Assembly: GCA_016930535.1 (NCBI GenBank)
Contig: JAFGGN010000085.1
Coordinates: 39,281-103,280, forward strand
Direction of reading: 5' to 3'
Source: a bacterium
GTDB lineage: Bacteria > Zhuqueibacterota > QNDG01 > JAFGCO01
DNA: 64,000 nt
Positions 10,348-19,231 of the stretch are shown here, one piece after another. The notes below the pieces were generated by a model, which was not told where the DNA came from, ran no database searches, and saw nothing but the letters and a program-made list of their open reading frames with translations. Each line of letters starts with the position of its first letter. Position 1 is the first letter of the stretch. A program made the translations under genes and the position numbers.

Positions 10348-10915
10348 TCATTGATTTGACAATTTTTCCAAGATCGCGTATTGCCCAGAATACACGGGAC
10401 TTAATCGTTCCCACTGAGCAGCCCAGTATCCCGGCTATTTCCTCATATTTATAATTCTGAAGACGGCTCAGGACGAGCACTTCCCTCTTTTCATCGGAAA
10501 GCTGATCCATGGCCCGATACAGCAAATCGATTTCCGACTGCCGTTCGGCCTGCAGCTCCGGATCTGAACCGTCCATGGGTATTTCTTTCGCCTGATCCAG
10601 TGACGTCATTTTCTTCCTGTTTTTTCTGTAATGATCCATTCGAACACTTCTCGCAATGCAGTACATCCATGTTGTGAATTGTCCCTCACCGCGATATGTT
10701 TTATTCGATTTCAGCATGCGCATAAATACTTCCTGTACAAGGTCCTGACTGATTATCGCATTCCGGGTTTGCCAGAGAAACAGTGTGTACAGCTTTTGAT
10801 GATACCTTTCAAAGAGCACGCCCAGTTTATCGAGATCGCCGTCTTTTACGGATATCATCAGATCATGGTCAGAAATGTGTTTCAATCTGTCTCCGGATTC
10901 TTTTATGATCTTCAA
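10325..10915 (-). CDS. RNA polymerase sigma-70 factor, ECF subfamily
   Basis: Region 2 motif DLVQEVFMRMLK and region 4 HTH LSDEKREVLVLSRLQNYKYEEIAGILGCSVGTIKSRVFWAIRDL. It is translationally coupled to the anti-sigma gene. Confidence 0.8.
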   Translation of the reverse strand: MKIIKESGDRLKHISDHDLMISVKDGDLDKLGVLFERYHQKLYTLFLWQTRNAIISQDLVQEVFMRMLKSNKTYRGEGQFTTWMYCIARSVRMDHYRKNRKKMTSLDQAKEIPMDGSDPELQAERQSEIDLLYRAMDQLSDEKREVLVLSRLQNYKYEEIAGILGCSVGTIKSRVFWAIRDLGKIVKSMNGICHEM

Positions 10916-11044
10916 TAGGAATAACGTAAGTTTACAGAAAAAGGTTGAGCAAAAATTTCAACTGCGTTTACAGAACCGCATCAGGATCGGGGCTTGCGGA
11001 TCAGAACACATTCATAAAACTGGCAATAATTGCGGGGAGAATGT

Positions 11045-11086
11045 AAAAAGGCCCTGTCCTGATCCGTTGATTGGATCAGGACAGGG
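11045..11086 (-). terminator. Rho-independent terminator (14-bp GC-rich stem plus U-tract) downstream of the 11091..11519 gene
   Basis: CCCTGTCCTGATCC-GTTGATT-GGATCAGGACAGGG is a perfect 14-bp stem. The plus-strand AAAAAG just upstream gives a T5 run on the minus-strand transcript. It separates the lipoprotein gene from the ECF sigma operon. Confidence 0.65.
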
Positions 11087-11090
11087 AAAT

Positions 11091-11519
11091 TCAGCTTGTC
11101 ACTTTTCTAAAAACAAACACGTATCCGTCAAGCGTCATCATCAGCATATCTGCATCGATTTGATAGATGAAAATGCCTTCATTCAGTATCAGCTGGTTCC
11201 CGTCGGTCGAATATCTGCCTTCATGCAGCATCGGATAATTTTCAATATCGATCTGCATGACATAGGACTGATCGTCGCGGAAGGTGAGATATATGACCGG
11301 GCCGGCCGTATCCTGAACCGATATCCATGATCCGATCAGGGAATCAGCGGATGTTTCCCCTTTACCGGTCTCTTCTTCCTGTTCGGGATGATCCGTATAG
11401 ATATAACCGTCATCACCGCCGCCTGTCAGCCCCACAGGATCCGCATTGCCTCCCTGACCGCAGACGATAAACAGGGGAATGATCAAACTGATTATCAGGC
11501 AGATATGCCGGTTTTTCAC
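11091..11519 (-). CDS. hypothetical secreted/lipoprotein-like protein
   Basis: 142 aa with a signal peptide MKNRHICLIISLIIPLFIVCGQGG. No recognisable domain. It is adjacent to the upstream beta-barrel gene (3-nt gap). Confidence 0.45.
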   Translation of the reverse strand: MKNRHICLIISLIIPLFIVCGQGGNADPVGLTGGGDDGYIYTDHPEQEEETGKGETSADSLIGSWISVQDTAGPVIYLTFRDDQSYVMQIDIENYPMLHEGRYSTDGNQLILNEGIFIYQIDADMLMMTLDGYVFVFRKVTS

Positions 11520-11521
11520 AA

Positions 11522-12667
11522 TTATTTCCCTGGCTTATTAAAGGAATATGTCAGGGATATTCTGTTCGCAAGCGTGTTGTTCTGGCCCGAGATAAAATTG
11601 GGACCGTCGAACAGAATGCCCTCGTTCATCATGGCATCCAGCTGAAGATCGCCCAGAATGATGCCCAGACCGAATGAGACGGCAAATGTCGACTGAGACT
11701 CCATGGTTTCCACTTCTTCGCCCTGTGCCGGTTTTGCGACTTCTTTAATGGATTGGTACACCTGCCTTGCACCCAACCGGCCGATCAGCCAGCTTTTCAG
11801 TTTGGATTCCACACCCAGGTATATACCCGGCAATACGGTGCGGGTGTAAGTATATTCATCGCCATCTTTCACTTCCTCTTTGTCCTGGTTCCTTCCGAAT
11901 GCTTCCACAGCAAGAACCACCAGATTTTTGGGATCCAGCTGATACAGTGCAGCGCCACCGATCGCGATGTTCAGGCGGTTGTATCCGATTTCAGCGTCGC
12001 CGATTTCCCTTGTTGTATTTCCGAAATAGAGATTTCCGATTCCCACGAGTTTTAAAACTGAACTTCTGGTTGAAAAATACCGGCCGTGAATACCGATACC
12101 CGTTCCGCCCCATTTGTCTTCATCGTCGTCCGCTTCCCATTTTGCCGAAGGCAATTCCAGGTTGAATCCAAGATCGTAGTCAGACGTGGATAATCCGGCA
12201 CAAAGGCCGATATAGCGGGCCGATTCTTTCTCCTGTATGCCGAAGGCATCGTCTTCTGTTTTATCCGAGGCATATGAAAGAATCACGCCCCAGTTTTTAT
12301 TGTTCCATTTTCCTCCGTATAAAAGAGAAATGACCCGATCGAGCGTCAGATCCGGCGTAACATCCATGAGAATATCCTGGGGCAAATCAATGGGCCGGTT
12401 CAGATAGACACCGACAATGCTGCCCGGTTTTCTTTCCATTTGCACACCGACCGTGTACAGATTGTCTGCATTCTTGGCCCTGAGCTCGGCGACAGCCTGA
12501 TTGGCATAGTAATGAAGGGTTCCGGGAAAATAAAAGATATTGGAATTGTCATGAATATAATATCCGACGCCTCCCATGGACCCGACCCGCGATTCAGTAG
12601 CAACCAGCGATGCAGCCGTACAGATCATGAGAATCATAATCAGGGTAAAACGATTCCTTTTTTTCAT
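11522..12667 (-). CDS. putative outer-membrane beta-barrel protein (hypothetical)
   Basis: The ORF track gives 11522..13000 but its 5' part overlaps the upstream SLT gene. The internal start MKKRNRFTLIMILMICTAASLVA at 12667 has an AGGAGG RBS and a signal peptide. The protein has alternating hydrophobic beta-strand-like segments rich in G/Y/N. Family unknown. Confidence 0.5.
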   Translation of the reverse strand: MKKRNRFTLIMILMICTAASLVATESRVGSMGGVGYYIHDNSNIFYFPGTLHYYANQAVAELRAKNADNLYTVGVQMERKPGSIVGVYLNRPIDLPQDILMDVTPDLTLDRVISLLYGGKWNNKNWGVILSYASDKTEDDAFGIQEKESARYIGLCAGLSTSDYDLGFNLELPSAKWEADDDEDKWGGTGIGIHGRYFSTRSSVLKLVGIGNLYFGNTTREIGDAEIGYNRLNIAIGGAALYQLDPKNLVVLAVEAFGRNQDKEEVKDGDEYTYTRTVLPGIYLGVESKLKSWLIGRLGARQVYQSIKEVAKPAQGEEVETMESQSTFAVSFGLGIILGDLQLDAMMNEGILFDGPNFISGQNNTLANRISLTYSFNKPGK

Positions 12668-12785
12668 GGTTTCCCTCCTGTTCAATAAGAATTGTTTGAA
12701 ATGATAAAGTGACGATTGCAGCAATGTCTGCTCATGTGAATTAAAATAAAAATATGAAGAAATGCAAACGGTTTCAGTCGATGAA

Positions 12786-12818
12786 TAAAAAAGGCGGAAT
12801 ATGAATTCATATTCCGCC
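12786..12818 (-). terminator. Rho-independent terminator downstream of the lytic transglycosylase gene
   Basis: GGCGGAATATGAATTCATATTCCGCC is a perfect 13-bp palindromic stem. It is preceded on the plus strand by A6, which gives a U6 run after the hairpin on the minus transcript. Confidence 0.65.
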
Positions 12819-12839
12819 TGAACAATCAGCGGGATGTCG

Positions 12840-13604
12840 TCACATACTTTGTGAAATGTAGGAATGGTAAAGATTGATAACCGCCGGGATATATTTTCTT
12901 GTTTCTTCCCAAAGCACCCGATTATCTTTGCCGTTGGCGAGATAGACTGCGGCAATACGCTCACCTCCGTTGTACGCGGCCAGAGCGGCCTCCAGATCAT
13001 ACTCCTGAATGAGCGAAGACAGATAGCGGGAGCCCATACGGATATTGTATACCGGATTGAACAGTACCTCTTCAGGTTCCGTCCATGTGATTTCTTCGTA
13101 TTCGGCCAGAAACATGCCTGTAACGGGCATAATCTGCATCAGTCCCATCGCACCGGCCGGTGATACAATGGCGGGATCCCATGTATTCGCACTCTCATGT
13201 GTAATCACCGCACATAACAAATCAATATCCAGATTCGTATATTTCATGGACATTTCATGAATTGTATTGGCGATATCATAGGCCTGTTCCGATGAAATGC
13301 CATTGTTGTACTGTTTGATGATATTGATGATTTTCTGAAGTTTATGCTGCCTGACGCTGTCCGTGTTCATCGCATATTTCAGATCGATAACTTCATTTTT
13401 TAACCGTTTTACGGTTTGTGCATTGCGGATGATAAACACGGCACCGACTGCGACAAGGATCAGCATCGATGCAATTTTCAGAGTATTCGTGACATAAAAA
13501 AAGATCTGCTTCACAGGGACCGGATCATTTTTCTTTACTGGTGCCGCTGTTTTCTTTCTCACTGTTTTCTGAACGGCTTTTTTTGATTTACTTGCTTCGT
13601 CCAT
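12840..13604 (-). CDS. lytic transglycosylase domain (SLT) protein, membrane-anchored
   Basis: The catalytic SLT motif is ...THESANTWDPAIVSPAGAMGLMQIMPVTG...AYNGG. The N-terminus has a TM segment (IASMLILVAVGAVFII). Confidence 0.75.
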   Translation of the reverse strand: MDEASKSKKAVQKTVRKKTAAPVKKNDPVPVKQIFFYVTNTLKIASMLILVAVGAVFIIRNAQTVKRLKNEVIDLKYAMNTDSVRQHKLQKIINIIKQYNNGISSEQAYDIANTIHEMSMKYTNLDIDLLCAVITHESANTWDPAIVSPAGAMGLMQIMPVTGMFLAEYEEITWTEPEEVLFNPVYNIRMGSRYLSSLIQEYDLEAALAAYNGGERIAAVYLANGKDNRVLWEETRKYIPAVINLYHSYISQSM

Positions 13605-13825
13605 ATAACTCCCTTCTTCTTGTTTTTCAGTACCATAGCGGTTCAGGCAAGAACCATACCATTTTCCGGATGAATTCCGTGATTTTGATCCGAAATTGGC
13701 TGAATATTGTTATATATTTGTTTTTATTATATTTATATTTCCATATAATAATGTTTTTTTGTGTAAACAATGAAAATATTTTACGCCGCTTATTACAGAA
13801 TGTTCACATATTTTTCAAAATTGAA

Positions 13826-14785
13826 TTATCGCTTTTTAGGGTGACCGTTTTCGCGCCACCCGATTTGAGGAATGAAAAAGAGGCCCGTTATGGCAGGAAT
13901 CATCAGATTGATACAAAACAACAAAAAAGCGCTGTTAAAGGCCGTCGTTTTACTGACTGCGTAACTTTTGAAAAAATATACGGCCGCACCTTCCCGAATA
14001 CCCAGATCTCCGATTGAAAACGGAAGCACAATTTTGGTAAACATGGTCGATGTGGTCGAGGTGAGCAATACGTGCACGGGTATTTTTTCGAATGCCAGAG
14101 CAAGCAGACTGAACTGCAGGATGTAAATGAAGTAAAGCAGCACCGAATAAATAATGAACGGCTTCGCTTTATTTTCATCGAAATGATCGAGCCCGTCGAT
14201 AAACAGCTTCATTTTCTCACGAAACGGAAGCAACAATGTCAGATTATAAAAAAATGTGCGCATGTAACGCGGCCTGAACATCAGAATTATTCCGAAAGCG
14301 GAGGCCAGGAGACCAAGCCCGATAAGGGGTGCCAGAAGAAAGATATTGGGCCCCATCTGAAATCCCAGAAATGAAATGACACCCCAAATGCCGAAAATGA
14401 TGAGAACAATGGAAGCATAAAATTTGTCGATGAAAATCAGTCCAAGCGCTTTCACGTAATTCATATGATGCAGGAAAAGTGCCCGTCCGAATTCCCCGAT
14501 GCGGCCGGGTGTGATCAATCCGACCGTGATTCCTCCGAGGAGCGACGTGAAGGATTCCCTGAACCGAATTCCCGGATCAATCAGCCTGAGCAGAAAATGC
14601 CAGCGGATCCACTGTAAGCCAATATTGGGTATCAGCATGATCATGGCCAGACCGATAAAGACCGGTGACCGGGGATTTTGAATCGATTGTACGATGGTAT
14701 GTACCTGAACTTTGTGGATCACCCACAAGAGCACGATCACGGCGAGAATGACCTTCAATGAAAATATTATCTTTTTCTTATGCAA
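13826..14785 (-). CDS. polytopic membrane protein, lysylphosphatidylglycerol-synthase-TM/flippase-like (UPF0104-like)
   Basis: 319 aa with about 8 predicted TM helices, a basic N-terminus (MHKKKIIFSLKVILAVIVLLWVI) and a C-terminal KKR. The assignment rests on overall architecture only. Confidence 0.45.
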   Translation of the reverse strand: MHKKKIIFSLKVILAVIVLLWVIHKVQVHTIVQSIQNPRSPVFIGLAMIMLIPNIGLQWIRWHFLLRLIDPGIRFRESFTSLLGGITVGLITPGRIGEFGRALFLHHMNYVKALGLIFIDKFYASIVLIIFGIWGVISFLGFQMGPNIFLLAPLIGLGLLASAFGIILMFRPRYMRTFFYNLTLLLPFREKMKLFIDGLDHFDENKAKPFIIYSVLLYFIYILQFSLLALAFEKIPVHVLLTSTTSTMFTKIVLPFSIGDLGIREGAAVYFFKSYAVSKTTAFNSAFLLFCINLMIPAITGLFFIPQIGWRENGHPKKR

Positions 14786-14851
14786 TGCAGGATTCCGGTT
14801 AATGTAAAAAAATCAGGCGAAAATATAGTCATAATTCCCTATTTAAGCAAG

Positions 14852-14886
14852 AAAAAAAAAGGTCCGCCTGCGGCGGACCTTTTTTT
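14852..14886. terminator. bidirectional Rho-independent terminator (A9-GGTCCGCC-TGC-GGCGGACC-T7)
   Basis: An 8-bp GC stem is flanked by an A-run on one side and a T-run on the other. It sits directly 3' of the minus-strand DUF4097 gene that ends at 14907. Confidence 0.65.
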
Positions 14887-14906
14887 AAATTATTACGAAA
14901 AACGGA

Positions 14907-15830
14907 TCAATTGGATTTTTTAATTGAAATGCCGCCGCCTGAAGTGCGTAAAAATAACAGGGGGCCGCCGCCGTTGATTTCTCCATTCAGTGTATTATCC
15001 GATATATGGCCCATCATGGTGACAGGGAAGTCGGTATATATCCGCCCACCGCTCGTTTTGGCATCGATATTCAGACGGATGTCCTCGCTGACAATAACAT
15101 TGATGGAACCGCCTGAAGTGGTCAGCTTGCATTCATTCGCGGGCTGTGACGTGATTGTCGCTTTGACCGATCCGCCCGAGGTTCCTGCATCGATCGTCCC
15201 CATGACTTCGTGGACCGTAATGCTTCCTCCTGATGTATGCGCCTCGACATCCCCTTTGACTTCGCCGATTTTTATACTTCCACCGGATGTTTTCACATCG
15301 ACCGGCCCCAGGCATTCATCCAGTGAGATGCTGCCTCCGGATGTTTTCCCAAGAATCGATCCGGTAATTTTACCGAATTTCAGACTGCCTCCGGAAGTTT
15401 TGCTCTTCGCATTTCCATCGAGATCGCCGACTGCAATACTGCCGCCGCTTGTTTTCAGATCGACATTGTATTTTGTGGGTACAATGACATCGAAATGAAC
15501 ATCCATATGTTTCCAAAAATTTGAAAAAAACGAATCGTTTTCGCTTTCCATCACGATATAGACATCCGATCCTTCCGTTTTGAATTTCAGATCCAGGTCG
15601 TCTATCATTTGCTGCAGTTTTTCCTGGCTGCCGGTTTTTCTTTTAAATGTCACTTCCACTTTTACAGCAGGATCATTCTGAGACACCACCTGAATGGTGC
15701 CATAGGAAGCATCGATATACAGTGTGCCGCCCGGTTTGACCTGAAATTCCTTGCTCATGGTTTTTTCCGCTGCAAAGACACAACCCACCCACATCAGGGA
15801 TAAAATCAGCATCACGTTGAATTTTCTCAT
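14907..15830 (-). CDS. DUF4097-family beta-strand-repeat protein (putative adhesin), secreted
   Basis: It has a signal peptide and at least 9 copies of the TSGGSI/TSGGSL motif spaced about 20 aa apart (TSGGSIAVGDL, TSGGSLKFGK, TSGGSISLDE, TSGGSIKIGE, TSGGSITVHE...). Confidence 0.6.
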   Translation of the reverse strand: MRKFNVMLILSLMWVGCVFAAEKTMSKEFQVKPGGTLYIDASYGTIQVVSQNDPAVKVEVTFKRKTGSQEKLQQMIDDLDLKFKTEGSDVYIVMESENDSFFSNFWKHMDVHFDVIVPTKYNVDLKTSGGSIAVGDLDGNAKSKTSGGSLKFGKITGSILGKTSGGSISLDECLGPVDVKTSGGSIKIGEVKGDVEAHTSGGSITVHEVMGTIDAGTSGGSVKATITSQPANECKLTTSGGSINVIVSEDIRLNIDAKTSGGRIYTDFPVTMMGHISDNTLNGEINGGGPLLFLRTSGGGISIKKSN

Positions 15831-15970
15831 TATCGGATCCTCCTGTTTAAAATGCCAGTCTGCCAGTCATATAATTAGACAGACTATTTTAAAAAAAGTT
15901 GGCATTATTTTTCAGTCGATTGATTTTGAAAATGCGTGCCGCCAGTCGGCAACCAGATGAACGGAACAGA

Positions 15971-16963
15971 CTATTGTGCCAGTATCCGTTCAATCCTTCC
16001 GGTTTCACTGTTATCCAGTGATAAATCAGACAGTGCACCGACATTGTTTTCCAGCTGTTTTACTGAAGATGCGCCGATGAGGGCCGATGTCACCTGCCGG
16101 GACCGCAGTACCCATACAAGGGCCAGTTGGGCAAGGCTCTGCTTTCTGTCTGCGGCGATGCCATTGAGATCCCTCACTTTTTCAATCACATCCTGTGTGA
16201 TATGCTCCTTCTTCAAAAAACCATGCGGTTTATTCGCTCTCGAGTTTTTTGGTACACCTTTCAGATACCGGTCCGTAAGCAAACCCTGCGCCAGTGGAGA
16301 AAACACGATACATCCCATGTCCAGTTTTTCAAGGACTGAAAAAAGTCCCGCTTCCGGTGACCGATCGAACATGGAGTATTTGACCTGATGAAGGAGACAC
16401 CTGACGCCCATGGTTCTCAGTATATCATAGGCTTCTTCGGTTTTGTCAGGAGGGTAATTTGAGATACCGGCATAGAGAGCCTTTCCGGTCCTGACCGCAT
16501 GTGCGAGACTTCCCATGGTTTCCTCAAGCGGCGTTTCCGGATCGAAACGGTGTGAATAGAAAATATCCACATAGTCGATTCCGAGTCGTTTCAGGCTCTG
16601 GTCAAGGCTGGCGATCATGTATTTTCTTGATCCCCGATCTCCATAAGGACCGGGCCACATATCATATCCGGCCTTGGTCGAAATAATCAGTTCATCACGG
16701 TACTGTTTGAAGTTATTTCTGAGTATCCTGCCAAAAGTGGATTCTGCAGAACCCGGGGGCGGTCCGTAATTATTGGCCAGATCAAAATGCGTGATACCCA
16801 GATCGAATGCACGGCAAATGACGGAACGGGCGGTCTCATAAGAATCCACGGCACCGAAATTTTGCCATAACCCCAGCGATATTCGCGGCAGTTTCAGTCC
16901 GCTGTTTCCGCACCGTGCATACGGTATATGCTGATACCTTGCCTGTGCCGGTACATAAGCCAT
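15971..16963 (-). CDS. aldo/keto reductase, YghZ-like (L-glyceraldehyde 3-phosphate reductase family)
   Basis: The N-terminus YQHIPYARCGNSGLKLPRISLGLWQNFG...GITHFDLANNYGPPPGSAE closely follows the E. coli YghZ pattern. The protein is 330 aa. Confidence 0.8.
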   Translation of the reverse strand: MAYVPAQARYQHIPYARCGNSGLKLPRISLGLWQNFGAVDSYETARSVICRAFDLGITHFDLANNYGPPPGSAESTFGRILRNNFKQYRDELIISTKAGYDMWPGPYGDRGSRKYMIASLDQSLKRLGIDYVDIFYSHRFDPETPLEETMGSLAHAVRTGKALYAGISNYPPDKTEEAYDILRTMGVRCLLHQVKYSMFDRSPEAGLFSVLEKLDMGCIVFSPLAQGLLTDRYLKGVPKNSRANKPHGFLKKEHITQDVIEKVRDLNGIAADRKQSLAQLALVWVLRSRQVTSALIGASSVKQLENNVGALSDLSLDNSETGRIERILAQ

Positions 16964-16966
16964 TCA

Positions 16967-19039
16967 TTATTTCCCTTCGATTTCTTTCAGCAGTGCGCCG
17001 GCATCGTATAATTTCTTCAGTGCTTCCATTATATAAGCGGCATGAACGGATACAGCGCGATTGACGGAAGGATCAAAATAGAACCTTCCCGCCAGGCTTT
17101 CGATATTGCCATCGAAAATAATTCCTATAAATTCGCCATCGCGATTGACGACGGGTGATCCGGAATTGCCGCCGATAATGTCGCAGTCACAGATAAAATT
17201 GACCGGTGTCGACAAATCGAGTTTCTTCTGCCTTTTCCAGAACCGTTCCGGCAGCACATAGTCGCCCTTCTGATTGAAGCTGAGACTTCTGTCATAAAGG
17301 CCGTAAAGTGTTGTATTGACAGGCGCCTTGGTGCCGTTCATACGGTATTCCTTTACCGATCCATACGTGAGCCGCAGTGTAAAATTGGCATCCGGGTACG
17401 TCGTTTTGCCATAAATTGCAAACCGTGCCTTTGCCAGATTGTTGCTGGCACGATCCATTTTGCTCGTGATCATTTTCCTTTTCATTTCAATATCATTCCG
17501 GATGATGGGTGCCATTTTCCTGGCCCAGACAATCAGGGTATCCCGGCACTGTTCGATTGCCTCAAGATCCGCATTCCATAATTTTTCTCTGAAATCGATT
17601 TGATCCATCGATGTTTTTTCGATCAGTGAAGGTGCAATTTCTGAAGGCTCATGACCGGATAAGGCCGCACCAATAAAAGAATCATCCTTTCCCAGATGTT
17701 TCAGACTGATCGACAAACCGCCTGTAAAATTATGGATCTCGTAATCCTTATACACGGGAGCCCTGGACAAAATCCGATGCTTCAGATTATCAAGTTCCGA
17801 ATCATGATAACCCTCCAGGCGGTCGCTGTCCGGCTTGATCAGTTCCTGATGGCAGATGACCAGATCAACCGCCCAATCGGCAAGCCTGGACCCGATAATT
17901 TTTCTGTAATACCATCTTTCTTCATTCTCGATCTGAAGGCTCCGGACAGCGGCAAGAGAATCCCATGGATTGCCGTATTGAGCCAGATATCCGGGATCCG
18001 AGAAAAAACGGTTCTTGAAGTCTTCTTCCACCCTTTTTTTCCCTTCGATCACCCCCGGCAATGAAAGCCCGAGCAGCATACCTTCATAGGCTTTTTTTGA
18101 ATTATTCAAACCGAATATTGTCGGAAGAGCCTTCCGCTCCTCTTCCCGGCCTTTCTTTGCATACCCATCCAGTATCGCCAGCCGTTCGTCGATATAATTG
18201 AGAATCATGGGCATCGAATAATCTTTGGAATAAACAAGACCGTGTACGGAATACAACCGGGAGGTTCTGCCCGGGTGACCGGACACGAAAACCAGCTCAT
18301 CTTCGGCGGCGCCTTTCCGGTTCCATTTCAGATAATGATCGGCGCGTATCGGCCTGTCGTTTTCATAAATTCTGAAAAACGCAATATCGAGATCATAACG
18401 GGGATATGTAAAGTTATCGTCGTCCCCGCCAAAATAAGCCGCCTGCCGCTCAGGGGCCATAACCAGACGCACGTCCGAGTATTTTTTATACTGATACAGC
18501 CAGTATTCTCCGCCTGCGAACAAGGATACAACGGTGCATTCAAGTCCGGTGGAATCCTGCGCTTTTTTTTCCATGCGTGCGATCAGGGATTCTTTGGCCT
18601 GCAAAGCTTCCATATTGTCCATCGTATCGTGTACGGCTTCTTGAATTTCCTCTGTCACATCCCTGAGACCGACCAGAACATTGACATCGAGATCCGGACA
18701 GCGTATTTCTTCTTCCTCATGTGCGGCGTAGAATCCTGTGGTGACATAATCACGGTCTTTGTTGCTGATTTTCTGAAGAAAATTGACGGCCACATGATGA
18801 TTGGTCAGCACAAGTCCGTTTGCACTGGCAAACGAACCCGAACCGCCATTGTTGAAGCGGACGGATGAAAGTCTCAGATGATCGAGCCATTCAGCGGAGG
18901 GAGAGAATTTGTACTTGCTTTTCAGGGAATCGACAGGAATCGAATCGAATGTCCACATGCCTTCTTCAGCCAGACAACATGAACCCGTTACAAGGACGAA
19001 AAACGTGAACAGGCAGGATTTGACAGATTGACGGATCAT
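16967..19039 (-). CDS. S46 family serine peptidase (dipeptidyl-peptidase 7/11-like)
   Basis: After a signal peptide the mature N-terminus is EEGMWTFDS, the hallmark of S46 peptidases. A chymotrypsin-fold catalytic Ser sits in GGNSGSPVVNRDGEFIGIIFDG. The protein is 690 aa and sits 3 nt upstream of the aldo/keto reductase gene. Confidence 0.8.
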   Translation of the reverse strand: MIRQSVKSCLFTFFVLVTGSCCLAEEGMWTFDSIPVDSLKSKYKFSPSAEWLDHLRLSSVRFNNGGSGSFASANGLVLTNHHVAVNFLQKISNKDRDYVTTGFYAAHEEEEIRCPDLDVNVLVGLRDVTEEIQEAVHDTMDNMEALQAKESLIARMEKKAQDSTGLECTVVSLFAGGEYWLYQYKKYSDVRLVMAPERQAAYFGGDDDNFTYPRYDLDIAFFRIYENDRPIRADHYLKWNRKGAAEDELVFVSGHPGRTSRLYSVHGLVYSKDYSMPMILNYIDERLAILDGYAKKGREEERKALPTIFGLNNSKKAYEGMLLGLSLPGVIEGKKRVEEDFKNRFFSDPGYLAQYGNPWDSLAAVRSLQIENEERWYYRKIIGSRLADWAVDLVICHQELIKPDSDRLEGYHDSELDNLKHRILSRAPVYKDYEIHNFTGGLSISLKHLGKDDSFIGAALSGHEPSEIAPSLIEKTSMDQIDFREKLWNADLEAIEQCRDTLIVWARKMAPIIRNDIEMKRKMITSKMDRASNNLAKARFAIYGKTTYPDANFTLRLTYGSVKEYRMNGTKAPVNTTLYGLYDRSLSFNQKGDYVLPERFWKRQKKLDLSTPVNFICDCDIIGGNSGSPVVNRDGEFIGIIFDGNIESLAGRFYFDPSVNRAVSVHAAYIMEALKKLYDAGALLKEIEGK

Positions 19040-19103
19040 TTTTCCTTCTCCAATTGTTGTTTCAGGTAATTAAGTAATTTCGGAATAAAATGCTAACAAT
19101 TCA

Positions 19104-19147
19104 AGAAAAAAGTCATTTTGATTTCAGTGAAACGATCAAAATGACTT
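19104..19147 (-). terminator. candidate Rho-independent terminator after the outer-membrane gene at 19232
   Basis: AAGTCATTTTGAT-(12 nt)-ATCAAAATGACTT is a perfect 13-bp inverted repeat. On the minus transcript it is followed by TTTTTTCTTG. The stem is AT-rich, so stability is modest. Confidence 0.45.
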
Positions 19148-19231
19148 GTTCGGCCGGTACGGTCAGGCAGATTTAAAACTGAAAGCGTATGGAATGATCA
19201 ACCGGTTCGACGGTCCTGTTTGAAGTGTCGT

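Noticed and set aside
11522-13000. ORF-track 5' extensions: 11522..13000, nusA to 3567, gdhA to 54972, CsgG-like to 39302, rex from 55069, RR to 45803, M20 from 5374
   Set aside because: The extensions overlap upstream genes or lack signal peptides or RBS. Internal Met codons with SD-like sequences, or correct N-terminal signatures, were chosen instead (coordinates are given in the features).
15831-15970. Terminator downstream of the aldo/keto reductase gene (GCCGACTGGCGGC then TTTTC)
   Set aside because: Only a 4-bp stem with an interrupted U-tract, which is too weak to report as a feature.
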